A DNA stretch of 64,000 nucleotides, taken from Aquificaceae bacterium. GTDB lineage: Bacteria; Aquificota; Aquificia; Aquificales; Aquificaceae. Below the pieces are notes generated by a model, which was given only the letters and a program-made list of their open reading frames with translations, searched no databases and had not been told where the DNA came from. The translations under genes were made by a program, and so were the position numbers. The stretch covers positions 352,001 to 416,000 of the forward strand of contig JAXSNR010000001.1 of assembly GCA_037925075.1 (NCBI GenBank), given 5' to 3'. Shown here piece after piece: positions 18,613 through 29,195 of this stretch (the first letter of the stretch is position 1; each line of letters begins with the position of its first letter).

Positions 18613-20181
18613 CTATGGCAAGGGCAGTCTCAAGCCACCGAGCAGGTATTTAAGGTCATTGTCGGTAAACATAAGCCCCACTCCACCAAAAATACCTCTT
18701 AGCTTGGCATTCAGCAGGTCATCACCGCCAAACCTCAAATACAAAGGGCCGTTTACCTTATAGTTTACACCTGCCTGAAGGTTTGGCTTTAGGTCCTTGT
18801 CCTGGGGTCTATCCTTTCTTCCAAAGTCCCACAGGTCTGTGGTGAAGGCAAGTCTATCTGAGTATATAAAGTCCGCACCTATTCCACCTGTGGATTCTTT
18901 TAGCCCACCTCTGAGTACGAGTTCCTTGCCAAATAAAGGAAATACCCTTGCATACTGAAGGGTAATTTCTGGTTTAAACTCCCTTTTAACTATCCACTGG
19001 TTGGGAATTATTTCTTCCTTATAGACCCTACCTCTTGAGTCCCCAACAACCTCCAAAAGATAGTATTTCTCATTATCGGGTTGTAGCTTTACAGTAAGAA
19101 CACCCTTTGAATCTCCACCCCTGTAAAGTTCACCCCTAAAGCCTATGTACAGGTTTGTCCTTTCAGCCAGATCTCCAACCTTGCCTAAAGCTCTTGTACC
19201 GGCGGTTATGTTCTTGTATAGCTCTTCGTCCTTTACTAGCTTTCCAAGAGTTCCTTCACCTCTTTCCACCTGTGCCAATATGCTATTTAGTTTTTCGGAG
19301 CTTTCTTTGAGGGACCTTGTGAGTTCAGAAAGGTTGGCGGTGGTGGTCCTTATGTCTTGCCTGTTTTCCATAACCACCGCATTCAAGTTCCTTGAAAGTT
19401 CGTTTAGGTTTCTTGAAAGCTCAGGAAGTGTAGCTTTGAGGTCACCGCTTAGCTGTCTTATGTTCATAACTGTTTCCCTGATATCATGCCTGTTTTCACT
19501 TGTTATGGCTTCAAGATTCTTTGCAAGCCTGTCTATGCTCTCTATGGTCTGTGGAAGTGTTCTGTTTAAGTTGTAGGCAAGAAGGTTTATGTTGTGTATG
19601 GCTCCTTTTAGAGCATCCCTGTTTTCCAAGGCTATGAGATTAAGGTTGTGGGTGAGCATTTCTAAGTTCTGCACCACCTTCCTTATATCTTCCCTGTTTT
19701 CGGAAAGTATAAGCTGGAAGTTTTCCACCATAAGCCTTATAGCAGTTGAGGCGTCTGTCATTTGCTTTATGAGAAGGTCTGTATCCGCATAGCCAAGAAC
19801 CTTACTTATGGCTTGTCCCTCTTTAAGCACACCCGCTTTGGGTGTACCTGGGTAGACGCTCAGATATTTATCACCCATGAGGCCAAGGGTTCCTATTTCT
19901 GCCTGCGCATCTTTGTAAAGGGTTATATCCTTGTCAAGTTCTATGACCACCTCCACTTTACCATCCCTCAAGCTAACAGACCTCACTTTTCCGCTTTTTA
20001 TACCAGCGACCCTTACTTCCGCACCCACGCTCAGCCCTGCCACGTTGTCAAAGTAAGCCCTGTATGTTTTTACCGCAGGCCTGAAAAGGGGCACTTCCCC
20101 AAAGGTAAGTATGAGAAAGGCAAAGCCAAGAGAGAATAAAAGTACAAGAAAACCTACCTTGGCTTCGTTGGAAAATCTCAT
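18613..20181 (-). CDS. MlaD/MCE family protein with long helical region and beta-rich C-terminus
   Basis: N-terminal TM; FDNVAGL..GAEVRVAGI..GKV; GLMGDKYLSV.PG; GEGTLGKLV.DEELY. Confidence 0.9.
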   Translation of the reverse strand: MRFSNEAKVGFLVLLFSLGFAFLILTFGEVPLFRPAVKTYRAYFDNVAGLSVGAEVRVAGIKSGKVRSVSLRDGKVEVVIELDKDITLYKDAQAEIGTLGLMGDKYLSVYPGTPKAGVLKEGQAISKVLGYADTDLLIKQMTDASTAIRLMVENFQLILSENREDIRKVVQNLEMLTHNLNLIALENRDALKGAIHNINLLAYNLNRTLPQTIESIDRLAKNLEAITSENRHDIRETVMNIRQLSGDLKATLPELSRNLNELSRNLNAVVMENRQDIRTTTANLSELTRSLKESSEKLNSILAQVERGEGTLGKLVKDEELYKNITAGTRALGKVGDLAERTNLYIGFRGELYRGGDSKGVLTVKLQPDNEKYYLLEVVGDSRGRVYKEEIIPNQWIVKREFKPEITLQYARVFPLFGKELVLRGGLKESTGGIGADFIYSDRLAFTTDLWDFGRKDRPQDKDLKPNLQAGVNYKVNGPLYLRFGGDDLLNAKLRGIFGGVGLMFTDNDLKYLLGGLRLPLP

Positions 20182-20196
20182 GCTTAAATTATAGCC

Positions 20197-20877
20197 CTAA
20201 GCAATAAGTGAGTGCCAAAGTAAAATGCCATCTCTGTAGCCTAAAAGGTCTTCACAGGCTCTCTCTGGATGGGGCATAAGACCAAAGACGTTTCCCTCCT
20301 TGTTGCAAACGCCCGCTATGTGGGATATGGAACCGTTGGGATTAGCAAGAGGGCTTGTATCACCCCCCTCATCGCAGTACCTCAGAACCACTTGCCCCCT
20401 TTCCTCCATGAGCATTAGCTCTTCCTCTGGCACGTAATACCTCCCTTCTCCGTGGGCTATGGGAAGCCTTATGACCTCACCCTTCTCAAGCCTTCTGGTA
20501 AAAGGCAAAGAGTTGTTTTCTACCCTAAGGTAGACATCCTTACACAAAAACACCATGCTTTCGTTTTTTAGCAAAGCTCCGGGCAGTAGACGAAGCTCCG
20601 TAAGTATCTGAAAGCCGTTGCATATGCCAAGCACAAGCCCACCTCTTTGAGCAAAATCTACTATTGCACTACCCAATGGAGTTTTGCTGGCAAGCACGCC
20701 AGCCCTCAGATAATCCCCAAAGGAAAAACCACCCGGAAGAACCACGCAGTCAAAACCCTCCAGATTTCTTGTGTGGTGGTCTACAAAGCTTACCTCTTGC
20801 CCAAGAAGGTCCCTTATCACATAGTAGGTATCATAATCGCAGTTAGAACCGGGAAAGACGCAAACCGCAAACCTCAT
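20197..20877 (-). CDS. purQ: FGAM synthase glutamine amidotransferase subunit
   Basis: FPGSNCD; PGGFSFGDYLR; GICNGFQ; MPHPER. Confidence 0.97.
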   Translation of the reverse strand: MRFAVCVFPGSNCDYDTYYVIRDLLGQEVSFVDHHTRNLEGFDCVVLPGGFSFGDYLRAGVLASKTPLGSAIVDFAQRGGLVLGICNGFQILTELRLLPGALLKNESMVFLCKDVYLRVENNSLPFTRRLEKGEVIRLPIAHGEGRYYVPEEELMLMEERGQVVLRYCDEGGDTSPLANPNGSISHIAGVCNKEGNVFGLMPHPERACEDLLGYRDGILLWHSLIA

Positions 20878-21086
20878 TCTATAACATACTCCTCCACTAA
20901 GGGATTTACAAGATACTTTTCAACAAGAGTTTTTATGTCCGTCCCCTCTCCCACTTCAAGCTCTACCACCTTACCCACCTTTACATCTTTTATGTCAAAC
21001 CCGCCCTCAAGGAGCATTTCCTTAACCGCCCTGCCTTCAGGGTCAAGAAGCCCTCTCTTTGGAAGTATAAGAACTCTTATCTTCAT
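20874..21086 (-). CDS. purS: FGAM synthase PurS subunit
   Basis: LDPEGRAV; LVNPLVEEY; coupled to purQ. Confidence 0.93.
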   Translation of the reverse strand: MKIRVLILPKRGLLDPEGRAVKEMLLEGGFDIKDVKVGKVVELEVGEGTDIKTLVEKYLVNPLVEEYVIE

Positions 21087-21108
21087 GAGTCCTTATTATA
21101 ATGTAAGT

Positions 21109-22902
21109 ATGCTAAAAAGGACCAGATACTGCGGGAATATATCTGAGCAGGACCTCGGAAAAGAAGTTGTGCTCAACGGCTGGGTGCACCGCGTAAGAAA
21201 CCATGGTGGGGTCATATTCATAGACCTCAGAGATAGAGAGGGTGTGGTGCAATGTGTGGTGGAGGAAAAGACAACACCACAAGCCTACGAGTTTGCGGAC
21301 AGCATCAGGTCTGAGTACGTGATAGCCATAAGAGGCACCGTCAGAAGAAGACCGCCGGGCACCGAAAACCCAAGGCTAAAGACGGGAAACTATGAGGTGT
21401 TGGTGCAAGAGCTTGAACTTCTTAACACCTCAGAGACCTTGCCCTTTCCAGTGGATGAGGAAACTCCTCTGTCGGAGGAAACAAAGCTTCGCTACCGGTA
21501 CCTTGACCTGAGAAGGGAAAGCGCAAAAGAAAACCTTCTTTTCAGGCACAGGGCCTATCAGTTGATAAGGAAAGTGTTCGTTGAAGAGGGCTTTGTGGAA
21601 ATAGAGACCCCTTTCCTTACCAAATCCACACCGGAAGGTGCAAGGGACTTTTTGGTGCCCTCAAGGCTTCATCCCGGTAAGTTTTATGCCCTTCCCCAGT
21701 CTCCACAGCTCTTTAAACAGGTGCTTATGGTGGCAGGTTTTGACAGGTACTTTCAGATTGTTAAGTGCCTAAGAGACGAGGACCTACGTGCAGACCGCCA
21801 GCCGGAATTTACACAGATAGACTTTGAAATGTCCTTCGTGGATGAAGAGGATGTAATTGCTTTTAGTGAAAGGCTTATATATACACTTTTCAAGGAGCTT
21901 TTGGGTGTTGAGCTAAAGCTACCCTTTGACCGCATCCCTTACCAAAAAGCTATGGAGACCTACGGCTCAGACAAGCCAGACAGGAGGTTTGGGCTTGAGC
22001 TTGTGGAGCTTTCGGATATCTTTCAAAGGACGGAGTTTAAGGTATTCAGTCAAGCCCTTGAGTCAGGCGGAGTTGTAAAAGCCATAAACTTCAAAGGTTC
22101 AAACCTTTCAAGAAAAGAGATAGATGAGCTTACCCAGTTTGTCCAAAGCCTTGGAGCCAAGGGTCTTGCTTGGATAAGGGTGGAAGATGGAAGGCTAAAC
22201 TCTCCCATATTGAAGTTCTTCTCTCAGGAAGAGACGCAAAAACTCTTAGAAAGGGTTAAGGCTGAACCGGGCGATGTGGTCTTTTTCTCCGCGGACAAGA
22301 AGGAAACGGTCTATAGGATTCTTGGAAACCTCAGACTACACATTGGCAAAAAGTACAACCTTATAGACACAAGCAGGTTTGACCTCTTTTGGGTTGTGGA
22401 TTTCCCCCTTATGGAGTGGGACGAAGAGGAAAAAAGGTTTGTATCCTTGCACCACCCCTTTACATCACCAAAGGAGGAGGATGTACCTCTTCTTGAAAGG
22501 GCTTTGCAAACGCAGGATTTAGAAGAAAGAAAAAGGCTTGTTCACTCTGTAAAAGCCAGGGCTTACGACCTTGTAATAAACGGCTATGAGGTGGGAGGAG
22601 GTTCCATTAGGATACACAAAAAAGAGCTTCAGGAGTTGGTTTTTAAACTCCTTGAGATACCAGAAATGGAAGCCAGAGAAAAGTTTGGCTTTTTGCTGGA
22701 TGCTTTGCGTTTTGGAGCACCGCCTCACGGAGGGCTTGCCTTTGGACTTGACAGGCTTATCGCCATAATGAGAGGGCTTGACTCTATCCGGGATGTAATA
22801 GCCTTTCCAAAGACGCAAAAGGGCATATGCCCACTTACGGGTGCACCCGACTATGTGGAGCCGAAACAGTTAAAAGAGCTACATATAAGAGTGGTGGAAT
22901 GA
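21109..22902 (+). CDS. aspS: Aspartyl-tRNA synthetase (probably non-discriminating Asp/Asn)
   Basis: [44 protein letters not shown]; start set at ATG 21109. Confidence 0.97.
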   Translation: MLKRTRYCGNISEQDLGKEVVLNGWVHRVRNHGGVIFIDLRDREGVVQCVVEEKTTPQAYEFADSIRSEYVIAIRGTVRRRPPGTENPRLKTGNYEVLVQELELLNTSETLPFPVDEETPLSEETKLRYRYLDLRRESAKENLLFRHRAYQLIRKVFVEEGFVEIETPFLTKSTPEGARDFLVPSRLHPGKFYALPQSPQLFKQVLMVAGFDRYFQIVKCLRDEDLRADRQPEFTQIDFEMSFVDEEDVIAFSERLIYTLFKELLGVELKLPFDRIPYQKAMETYGSDKPDRRFGLELVELSDIFQRTEFKVFSQALESGGVVKAINFKGSNLSRKEIDELTQFVQSLGAKGLAWIRVEDGRLNSPILKFFSQEETQKLLERVKAEPGDVVFFSADKKETVYRILGNLRLHIGKKYNLIDTSRFDLFWVVDFPLMEWDEEEKRFVSLHHPFTSPKEEDVPLLERALQTQDLEERKRLVHSVKARAYDLVINGYEVGGGSIRIHKKELQELVFKLLEIPEMEAREKFGFLLDALRFGAPPHGGLAFGLDRLIAIMRGLDSIRDVIAFPKTQKGICPLTGAPDYVEPKQLKELHIRVVE

Positions 22903-23813
22903 GGTATATTCGCATAGGCACACGCAAAAGCAAGTTAGCCCTTTGGCAGGCTAACTACGTCAAGGAAAGGCTTGAAGCTCAAGGCTATAGTGTAGAGCTT
23001 GTGCTTATAAAAACCACCGGAGATAAGATTCTTGACGCACCGCTGGCAAAGATAGGTGGAAAGGGGCTTTTTGTAAAGGAGATAGAGGAAGCACTTCTGA
23101 GAGGTGATATAGACCTTGCGGTGCACTCTTTAAAGGATGTGCCCATGAGCCTACCTGAGGGTCTTACCCTTGGAGCCATAACGGAGAGGGAAGAGCCTTT
23201 TGATGTGCTTATTTCAAGGGAAGGTAAGACCTTAGAAGAGCTTCCAGAGATGGCTGTGGTTGGCACTTCCTCCTTGAGGAGACAAGTTCAGATAAGGAAA
23301 AAGAGACCAGACCTAAGGGTTGAGGTCTTGCGTGGAAACGTGGATACAAGGCTTAGGAAGTTGGATGAAGGGCTTTACGATGCCATAGTGCTTGCCTATG
23401 CAGGCGTTAGGAGAATGGGGTTTGAGGATAGAATAACCAGTGTTTTAAAGGATTTTATACCTGCGGTAGGGCAAGGTAGCCTTGCCATAGAGGTAAGGGA
23501 GGGAGATGAAAGGGTGCTTGAGGCTATTGCCTTTCTTGACCATAAGGAGAGCCATATCAGAGCCAAGTGTGAAAGAGCCTTTCTGAGAGAGCTTCAAGGT
23601 GGTTGTCAAGTGCCCATAGGAGCGTACGCATGGCTTGAAGAGGGAAGGCTAAAACTGAAAGCCTTTATATCTGACCTTGAAGGCAAAAGGTTCTTGGAAG
23701 GCATGGAAGAAGGAAGTCCAGAAGAGGCGGAACAGATGGGTATAAAGCTTGCAAAAAGACTCTTAGATGCGGGCGGTAGGGATATACTCAGAGAGATATA
23801 CCTTCAAAGCTGA
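22899..23813 (+). CDS. hemC: Hydroxymethylbilane synthase (porphobilinogen deaminase)
   Basis: [36 protein letters not shown] overlap with aspS. Confidence 0.97.
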   Translation: MRYIRIGTRKSKLALWQANYVKERLEAQGYSVELVLIKTTGDKILDAPLAKIGGKGLFVKEIEEALLRGDIDLAVHSLKDVPMSLPEGLTLGAITEREEPFDVLISREGKTLEELPEMAVVGTSSLRRQVQIRKKRPDLRVEVLRGNVDTRLRKLDEGLYDAIVLAYAGVRRMGFEDRITSVLKDFIPAVGQGSLAIEVREGDERVLEAIAFLDHKESHIRAKCERAFLRELQGGCQVPIGAYAWLEEGRLKLKAFISDLEGKRFLEGMEEGSPEEAEQMGIKLAKRLLDAGGRDILREIYLQS

Positions 23814-24133
23814 CCTTCAAGCTCCTTTTTGTAAAACTTCCAACGTGCTGGACTGAGGCTTGAAGAACAACCAAGAGAAGACAGGTCATACACCTTTATG
23901 GCGGTAGGATTGTCTGGCGTGCTTACAAAGAAAAAGGTAGTTCCCAATGGTATGTGCCTGCTTTCTTCCTTCCAACCCTTTACCAAATGAACCAACTCAA
24001 CCAGTTTTCTTTTAACCTCATCGGAAAAAAGTTCTTCCCTTTTGCCATTCTCCTCATAAAACCACACACCATCGCTGATCTTTTCAACTATATTAAGCAT
24101 CCTTTCTTCGGATGGTATGCCGTAAAACCTCAT
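23804..24133 (-). CDS. Hypothetical protein
   Basis: 109-aa ORF with ATGA coupling to the upstream Uma2 gene; no recognised motif. Confidence 0.7.
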   Translation of the reverse strand: MRFYGIPSEERMLNIVEKISDGVWFYEENGKREELFSDEVKRKLVELVHLVKGWKEESRHIPLGTTFFFVSTPDNPTAIKVYDLSSLGCSSSLSPARWKFYKKELEGQL

Positions 24134-24648
24134 TTCAGCACCTCCTCAAAGCTTATATTCACTTTACACTCTCCAAAGCTAAAGTTTGTGTCTGTTTTTT
24201 CCTTGTATCCGCCTTCCACAAGCTCAAAGACTTTTACAACCTTTTCATCTGGATAGACAAGCACAAAGTATTTAACACCTTCCTTTTCACAAAGTTCAAA
24301 CTTTAAACCTTCATCTATCTGTTTGCTTGAAGGTGAGACTATCTCAACCACCATATAAGGTGGCTTTTCTACTCTCTCCGGAATCTCTCCACATAAAACC
24401 ATAAGGTCTGGCCTGATAACCGTATCAAAAGAAATGTACCAATCAAGTTCAACCGCAACCATGCATTCTGGACAATTCTCCTTTAGTGAATTTATTAAAA
24501 GCCACACAAGATTTGAAAGAAGCACTTGATTTATAGGTCTTGGAGAAGCCATGGCATAAGGGATACCTTCCACAAGCTCCCAATCTCCTTGCCAACTCTT
24601 CCAATCTTCCACTGTATATTTCACTGGGTATTTTTCAGCCAAGCCCAT
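24130..24648 (-). CDS. Uma2 (DUF820) family PD-(D/E)XK endonuclease
   Basis: YTVEDW...WELVEG...MASP; RPDLMV; VEIVSPSS; GVKYFVLVYP. Confidence 0.9.
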   Translation of the reverse strand: MGLAEKYPVKYTVEDWKSWQGDWELVEGIPYAMASPRPINQVLLSNLVWLLINSLKENCPECMVAVELDWYISFDTVIRPDLMVLCGEIPERVEKPPYMVVEIVSPSSKQIDEGLKFELCEKEGVKYFVLVYPDEKVVKVFELVEGGYKEKTDTNFSFGECKVNISFEEVLK

Positions 24649-25631
24649 TAAAGCTCTCCCTTGTTTATAAGTCTTGCCACATCCTTGGCAAAGTAGGTGA
24701 TTATCATGTCCGCACCCGCTCGCTTTATGGATATAAGGGTTTCTATCATTACCCTTTTCTCGTCTATCCAGCCAAGCCTTCCACCCGCCTTTATCATTGC
24801 GTATTCACCGCTCACATTGTAGGCACACACGGGCAAAAGGGTATATTCTTTTACCTTTGCTATTATGTCAAGGTAAGCCAACGCGGGCTTTACCATCACA
24901 ATGTCCGCACCCTCTTCTACATCAAGCAAGATCTCTTTTAAGGCTTCCCGCTTGTTTGCTGGGTCCATCTGATAGCTTCTTCTGTCTCCAAAGGCTGGTG
25001 CGGACTCCGCTATTTCTCTAAAGGGTCCATAAAAGGCTGACGCATACTTGGCAGAGTATGCCATTATGGGAATGTTTTCAAAGCCGGCGGAATCAAGGGC
25101 TTCCCTCATGGCTTTTACCATTCCATCCATCATACCAGAAGGTGCGAGCATATCCGCACCGTTTTTTGCATGGGACACCGCCTGCTTTTTGAGGTTTTCC
25201 AGTGTCAGGTCGTTGTGCACATCTCCATCACACAGAACTCCACAGTGTCCATGAGTGGTGTATTCACAAAAACACACATCTGTTATCACGTAGATATCTG
25301 GTACTTCCTTTTTTATCAGCCTTAAAGCCCTCTGTATAATGCCCTCATCGCTCCAAGTGTCAGAGCCTACTTCGTCCTTGTGCTCTGGAATGCCAAAGAG
25401 TATGATTGCGGGAATACCAAGGTCTCTTACCTCCTTTACCGCATCCGCCACCTTGTCAAGACTATATCGAAAAACTCCTGGCATACTGGGAACCTCTTCC
25501 ACCACACCTTCACCATATCGGACAAAAATGGGGTATATAAGGTCATCAAGGCTAAGCTTGGTTTCTCTCACAAGCCTGCGTATGTTTTCGTTTTTTCTCA
25601 GTCTTCTTGGTCTTAGCTTTGGAAACTCCAT
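24648..25631 (-). CDS. hemB: Porphobilinogen synthase (ALA dehydratase)
   Basis: [39 protein letters not shown]. Confidence 0.97.
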   Translation of the reverse strand: MEFPKLRPRRLRKNENIRRLVRETKLSLDDLIYPIFVRYGEGVVEEVPSMPGVFRYSLDKVADAVKEVRDLGIPAIILFGIPEHKDEVGSDTWSDEGIIQRALRLIKKEVPDIYVITDVCFCEYTTHGHCGVLCDGDVHNDLTLENLKKQAVSHAKNGADMLAPSGMMDGMVKAMREALDSAGFENIPIMAYSAKYASAFYGPFREIAESAPAFGDRRSYQMDPANKREALKEILLDVEEGADIVMVKPALAYLDIIAKVKEYTLLPVCAYNVSGEYAMIKAGGRLGWIDEKRVMIETLISIKRAGADMIITYFAKDVARLINKGEL

Positions 25632-25650
25632 GGAATATAATATATATCAA

Positions 25651-25722
25651 GCGGGCGTAGCTCAGGGGTGGAGCGTCTGCTTCCCAAGCAGAAGGTCGCG
25701 GGTTCAAATCCCGTCGCCCGCT
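25651..25722 (+). tRNA. tRNA-Gly (anticodon CCC), CCA not encoded
   Basis: Acceptor stem GCGGGCG/CGCCCGC; anticodon arm TCTGC-TTCCCAA-GCAGA; T-loop GTTCAAAT. Confidence 0.96.
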
Positions 25723-25746
25723 TATGAAAGTGTTATATTTTTATGC

Positions 25747-27399
25747 ATGAGGGTGGGAATAGTCCTTGGCACAAAACCCATAAGTCCTCTTGAGTTTTGG
25801 ATTGGGGTGGAAGAGGGGCAAGTGGTCCAGCTTGATGATGTGCTTTATGTAGATAGTCAGGTGGGAAGCCAAAGGGTTAAGTATTACGGTATAGTTGGCG
25901 AAGTGCATAAGTTTCTTGAGGGTGCGGAGTTTGTGTACGATGCTCATTTGGTAAGCGAAGGGGTTATACCGGTAAATATAGCCTATGTGGCAAAGGTAAA
26001 CATAACAAGGATAGAGCCAGAGGTCTTTGCTCCCCCTTCTCCGGGTGATGTGGTTTATAAGGCAAAAGGTGTTGAGTTTGAAAAAGCCCTGTACTATGAC
26101 CAGATGAAGGAAAAAATCCCTGCGGGTGTGGACAGAAACGGAAATGTGGTTTATTTAAACTACCACTTTATAAACGGTGTTGAAGGAGCCCATGTAAGCA
26201 TATCAGGCATGTCTGGTATCGCCACAAAAACTTCTTATGCTCTCTTTCTTCTGTACTCTATCCTCGAAAAGGCAAGCGATAGAGACAATGTGCATGGAAT
26301 AATCTTTAACGTCAAGGGTAAGGACCTTCTGTGGCTTGACAAGAAAAACAAAACTTTTGATGAAGAGAGCCGTAAAATCTATGAGGCCATGGGGCTTAGT
26401 GCTGGACCCTTTGAAAATGTTGTATTCTATGTACCACCTTCTGAGAAAAATCCCACCATTCCAGACTGCGAAAGGGTTAACGATGAAGAAGTTAAACCCT
26501 TCTACTGGAGCATGAGGGAGTTTGCAGAAGAAGGACTTATAAGGTTTATGTTTGTTGAAGGTGAAGAGGGGGTTTCAAACCTACACTACGTGATAGATAG
26601 GGTAGCCAACAAACTCTACAGTCTTTCGCAAAAGAGTCCTGAAGGAAGACTTCTGGATGAATATTCAAGAGACCTAGAAAACCTATTGCAACTTGAAGAG
26701 CGCCTTGAAGAAGCCATAAGGGACAAGGAACAAAATAAAAGCTCGGAGCTATATAGGAGCTGGTTTGGAGACGCCCAGCTTCAGACCGCTTACGCCTTTC
26801 TTAGAAGGTTCAGTAGAGCCCGTACACATATAGGTAGGCTAATAAGGGACTTATCAAGCCCGCCCAGATGGGAAGATAGTAGGCTTTCTGTAATTGATAT
26901 AAGTGGCCTTCATAGCATAGGTAAGATGTTCGTAGTGGGAGCAATACTTAAGAGGGTTTTCAAAGAGAAAGAAAACATAGGCAAACCCTACCCTAAAGTT
27001 TTTGTAGTTCTTGACGAACTTAACAAATATGCACCAAAAGAAGGCTGGAGTCCCATCAAAGATGTGGTGCTGGACATTGCAGAAAGGGGTAGAAGCCTTG
27101 GGGTGATACTCATAGGTGCCCAGCAAACCGCCAGTGAGGTGGAAAAAAGGATTGTGGCAAACTCAGCTCTGAAGGTTCTTGGTAGGATGGACTCTAGCGA
27201 AGTGCTTGGAAAAGAATACGACTATCTTACTGGAAACTTCCGCCAAAGGGCCATAATGCTCAAAAAGGGTACTATGATACTCTACCAGCCTGATATACCA
27301 AACCCTATGATAGTTAGATTTCCAAAGCCCGCATGGGCTACAAGGTATTCTGAAGTGAAGGAGGAGGCCCGTGTTCCTGAAGATTTTGATAATTTTTAG
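25747..27399 (+). CDS. HerA/FtsK-family ATPase (HAS barrel + DUF87-type helicase domain)
   Basis: Variant Walker A SGMSGIATKTS; IFNVKGKDL; Walker B VVLDELNKYAP; ERGRSLG; start set at ATG 25747. Confidence 0.85.
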   Translation: MRVGIVLGTKPISPLEFWIGVEEGQVVQLDDVLYVDSQVGSQRVKYYGIVGEVHKFLEGAEFVYDAHLVSEGVIPVNIAYVAKVNITRIEPEVFAPPSPGDVVYKAKGVEFEKALYYDQMKEKIPAGVDRNGNVVYLNYHFINGVEGAHVSISGMSGIATKTSYALFLLYSILEKASDRDNVHGIIFNVKGKDLLWLDKKNKTFDEESRKIYEAMGLSAGPFENVVFYVPPSEKNPTIPDCERVNDEEVKPFYWSMREFAEEGLIRFMFVEGEEGVSNLHYVIDRVANKLYSLSQKSPEGRLLDEYSRDLENLLQLEERLEEAIRDKEQNKSSELYRSWFGDAQLQTAYAFLRRFSRARTHIGRLIRDLSSPPRWEDSRLSVIDISGLHSIGKMFVVGAILKRVFKEKENIGKPYPKVFVVLDELNKYAPKEGWSPIKDVVLDIAERGRSLGVILIGAQQTASEVEKRIVANSALKVLGRMDSSEVLGKEYDYLTGNFRQRAIMLKKGTMILYQPDIPNPMIVRFPKPAWATRYSEVKEEARVPEDFDNF

Positions 27400-28591
27400 C
27401 CTACTTTTGGGCTTTGGCTTTTCCCAGACAGCCTTAGTGAGGGTAGGAAAGTATACAGAAAAGGAGCGTATAGTCCTCCAGCTTGACGAAAAGGCAGATT
27501 ACAAGGTGTTCATACTTGAAAACCCCAAAAGGGTTGTGGTGGATATTATGGGAGATATAAATGTTAAACTTCCTTCGGGTTTACAGGCACGCTTAGGTAA
27601 GCATCCATGGGGTACAAGAGTAGTTTTTGAAAGAAACTTTGAAGATATAAAAGCCTTCTCCCTTCAAGAGCCTTTCAGAATAGTGATAGACATATTCACG
27701 GGCACTTCCAGCGAGAAAAAGTTGGCAAAGGTAAAGGAAGAAGATGAGCTTATAGAGATTATAGACCCAGCCTTTGTAAGAATACTGAAGTACATGGATA
27801 CCGCATCCACCAAAGAGAGGGTGATAAACGAGGTGAAAAAAGGTCAGATGATAACCCAAAGAAGAGTAATTGTAATTGACCCTGGGCATGGAGGGCATGA
27901 CCCTGGAGCTATAGGATATATGGGCATAAGGGAAAAGGATGTGGTGCTTGCCATAGCCAAAAGGCTTGCTAGTTATCTTGAAAAAGACGGAAGGTTTAGG
28001 GTGATAATGACCCGTAAGGAGGATGTTTTTGTCCCACTTCAAGAGAGGGCAAACATAGCCCTAAGAAACAGAGCAGACCTATTTATAAGCATACATGCGG
28101 ATGCACACCCGCAGAAATCTCCAGACGCACGAGGAACAACCATATTTGCCATATCTTCAGAAGCAGCTCAAAAAAAGCGTCAGCAGATAGTTAACAGCCA
28201 TAGCTATGCAAGCCTTGTTTTTGGAAGAGAAGATATACCCACATCCGCAAGGGCAGTGCTTGCAGACCTTGCCATGGATGTGACCTTAAACGAAAGCGTG
28301 ATTTTTGGACAAAAGATTGCCAAGGTGGTCAGGAGGGAAATCGGTAGGGATGTGCATTTTAGGGGTATACAGAGGGCAGGCTTTGCGGTACTAAAAACTC
28401 CGGGAATACCTTCTGTTCTTGTAGAAGTAGGCTTTATGACAAACCCTCAAGAGGCACTTATGATGTCCGATGGGGAATTTCAGGATAGATTTGCAAGTGC
28501 CATACATCTCTCGATTTTAGAGTATTTCTTCCCGGAGACTCAAAAGATCACCTCAGCCCAAGAAGTTTATGCACCTGTGGGAGCACCCTGA
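27371..28591 (+). CDS. N-acetylmuramoyl-L-alanine amidase (AmiC-like, AMIN domain)
   Basis: Signal peptide; LENPKRVVVD AMIN motif; IDPGHGGHDPGA; FISIHAD; SVLVEVGF. Confidence 0.93.
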   Translation: MFLKILIIFSLLLGFGFSQTALVRVGKYTEKERIVLQLDEKADYKVFILENPKRVVVDIMGDINVKLPSGLQARLGKHPWGTRVVFERNFEDIKAFSLQEPFRIVIDIFTGTSSEKKLAKVKEEDELIEIIDPAFVRILKYMDTASTKERVINEVKKGQMITQRRVIVIDPGHGGHDPGAIGYMGIREKDVVLAIAKRLASYLEKDGRFRVIMTRKEDVFVPLQERANIALRNRADLFISIHADAHPQKSPDARGTTIFAISSEAAQKKRQQIVNSHSYASLVFGREDIPTSARAVLADLAMDVTLNESVIFGQKIAKVVRREIGRDVHFRGIQRAGFAVLKTPGIPSVLVEVGFMTNPQEALMMSDGEFQDRFASAIHLSILEYFFPETQKITSAQEVYAPVGAP

Positions 28592-29195
28592 CCTGATAGC
28601 CTATTTCTAAAAGTCTTAGCTGTATGTCAAGAGCCTTGTGGAGAAAGTTTTCCTTGTTTCCTTCAGGCTGTAGAACAACCACACCCTCTTGTAGGAACTC
28701 TTCAAACCTCAAAAGGACCTCAAGGCTTAATTCATCATCCACCACAAACTTTAGCTCCTTTGCATACTGCTTTATCTTTGGGTGCACAAACCAACCCGCT
28801 ACCGCCTTTGGAGAGCAAGTTATATGCACCAGTGGAGCAAGCTCCTCCATCCCTTCTTGCCACAAGGTGCCGTTTGTTTCTATCTGCACCGATTTACCTA
28901 TGCTCAAAAGGTCTTTCACAAGCAAAGGTAAAGATTCTTCCGCAAAGGGCTCCCCTCCTGTTATGACCACATGCCTGTGTGGGTATTTTTCTACCACTTT
29001 CAAAAGGTCAGAAAGGCTCATGTTATTTTCCCTAAAGTTTAGTGCGGTAGGCTGATCACACCAAGGGCATCTAAGATTACAACCTTGAAGCCTTATAAAA
29101 AGGCTCGGCATTCCCACCAAAAGCCCTTCTCCCTGTATGCTTGTGTATATCTCGTTGACGCTTATTGAGGCTTTTCTAACTTCACTTCGTAGCAT
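28548..29195 (-). CDS. queE: 7-carboxy-7-deazaguanine synthase (radical SAM)
   Basis: [31 protein letters not shown]. Confidence 0.93.
   Translation of the reverse strand: MLRSEVRKASISVNEIYTSIQGEGLLVGMPSLFIRLQGCNLRCPWCDQPTALNFRENNMSLSDLLKVVEKYPHRHVVITGGEPFAEESLPLLVKDLLSIGKSVQIETNGTLWQEGMEELAPLVHITCSPKAVAGWFVHPKIKQYAKELKFVVDDELSLEVLLRFEEFLQEGVVVLQPEGNKENFLHKALDIQLRLLEIGYQVRVLPQVHKLLGLR

Noticed and set aside
20647..21108. N-terminal extension of aspS in the ORF track (similar extensions for bamA, ccsA, hemC, herA, topA, hisF and Uma2 copy 4)
   Set aside because: The extensions overlap real genes or tRNAs, and family homology begins at the downstream ATG.
25651..27399. Integrated element at tRNA-Gly
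   Set aside because: No integrase, no duplicated tRNA 3' end seen, and downstream genes are housekeeping.
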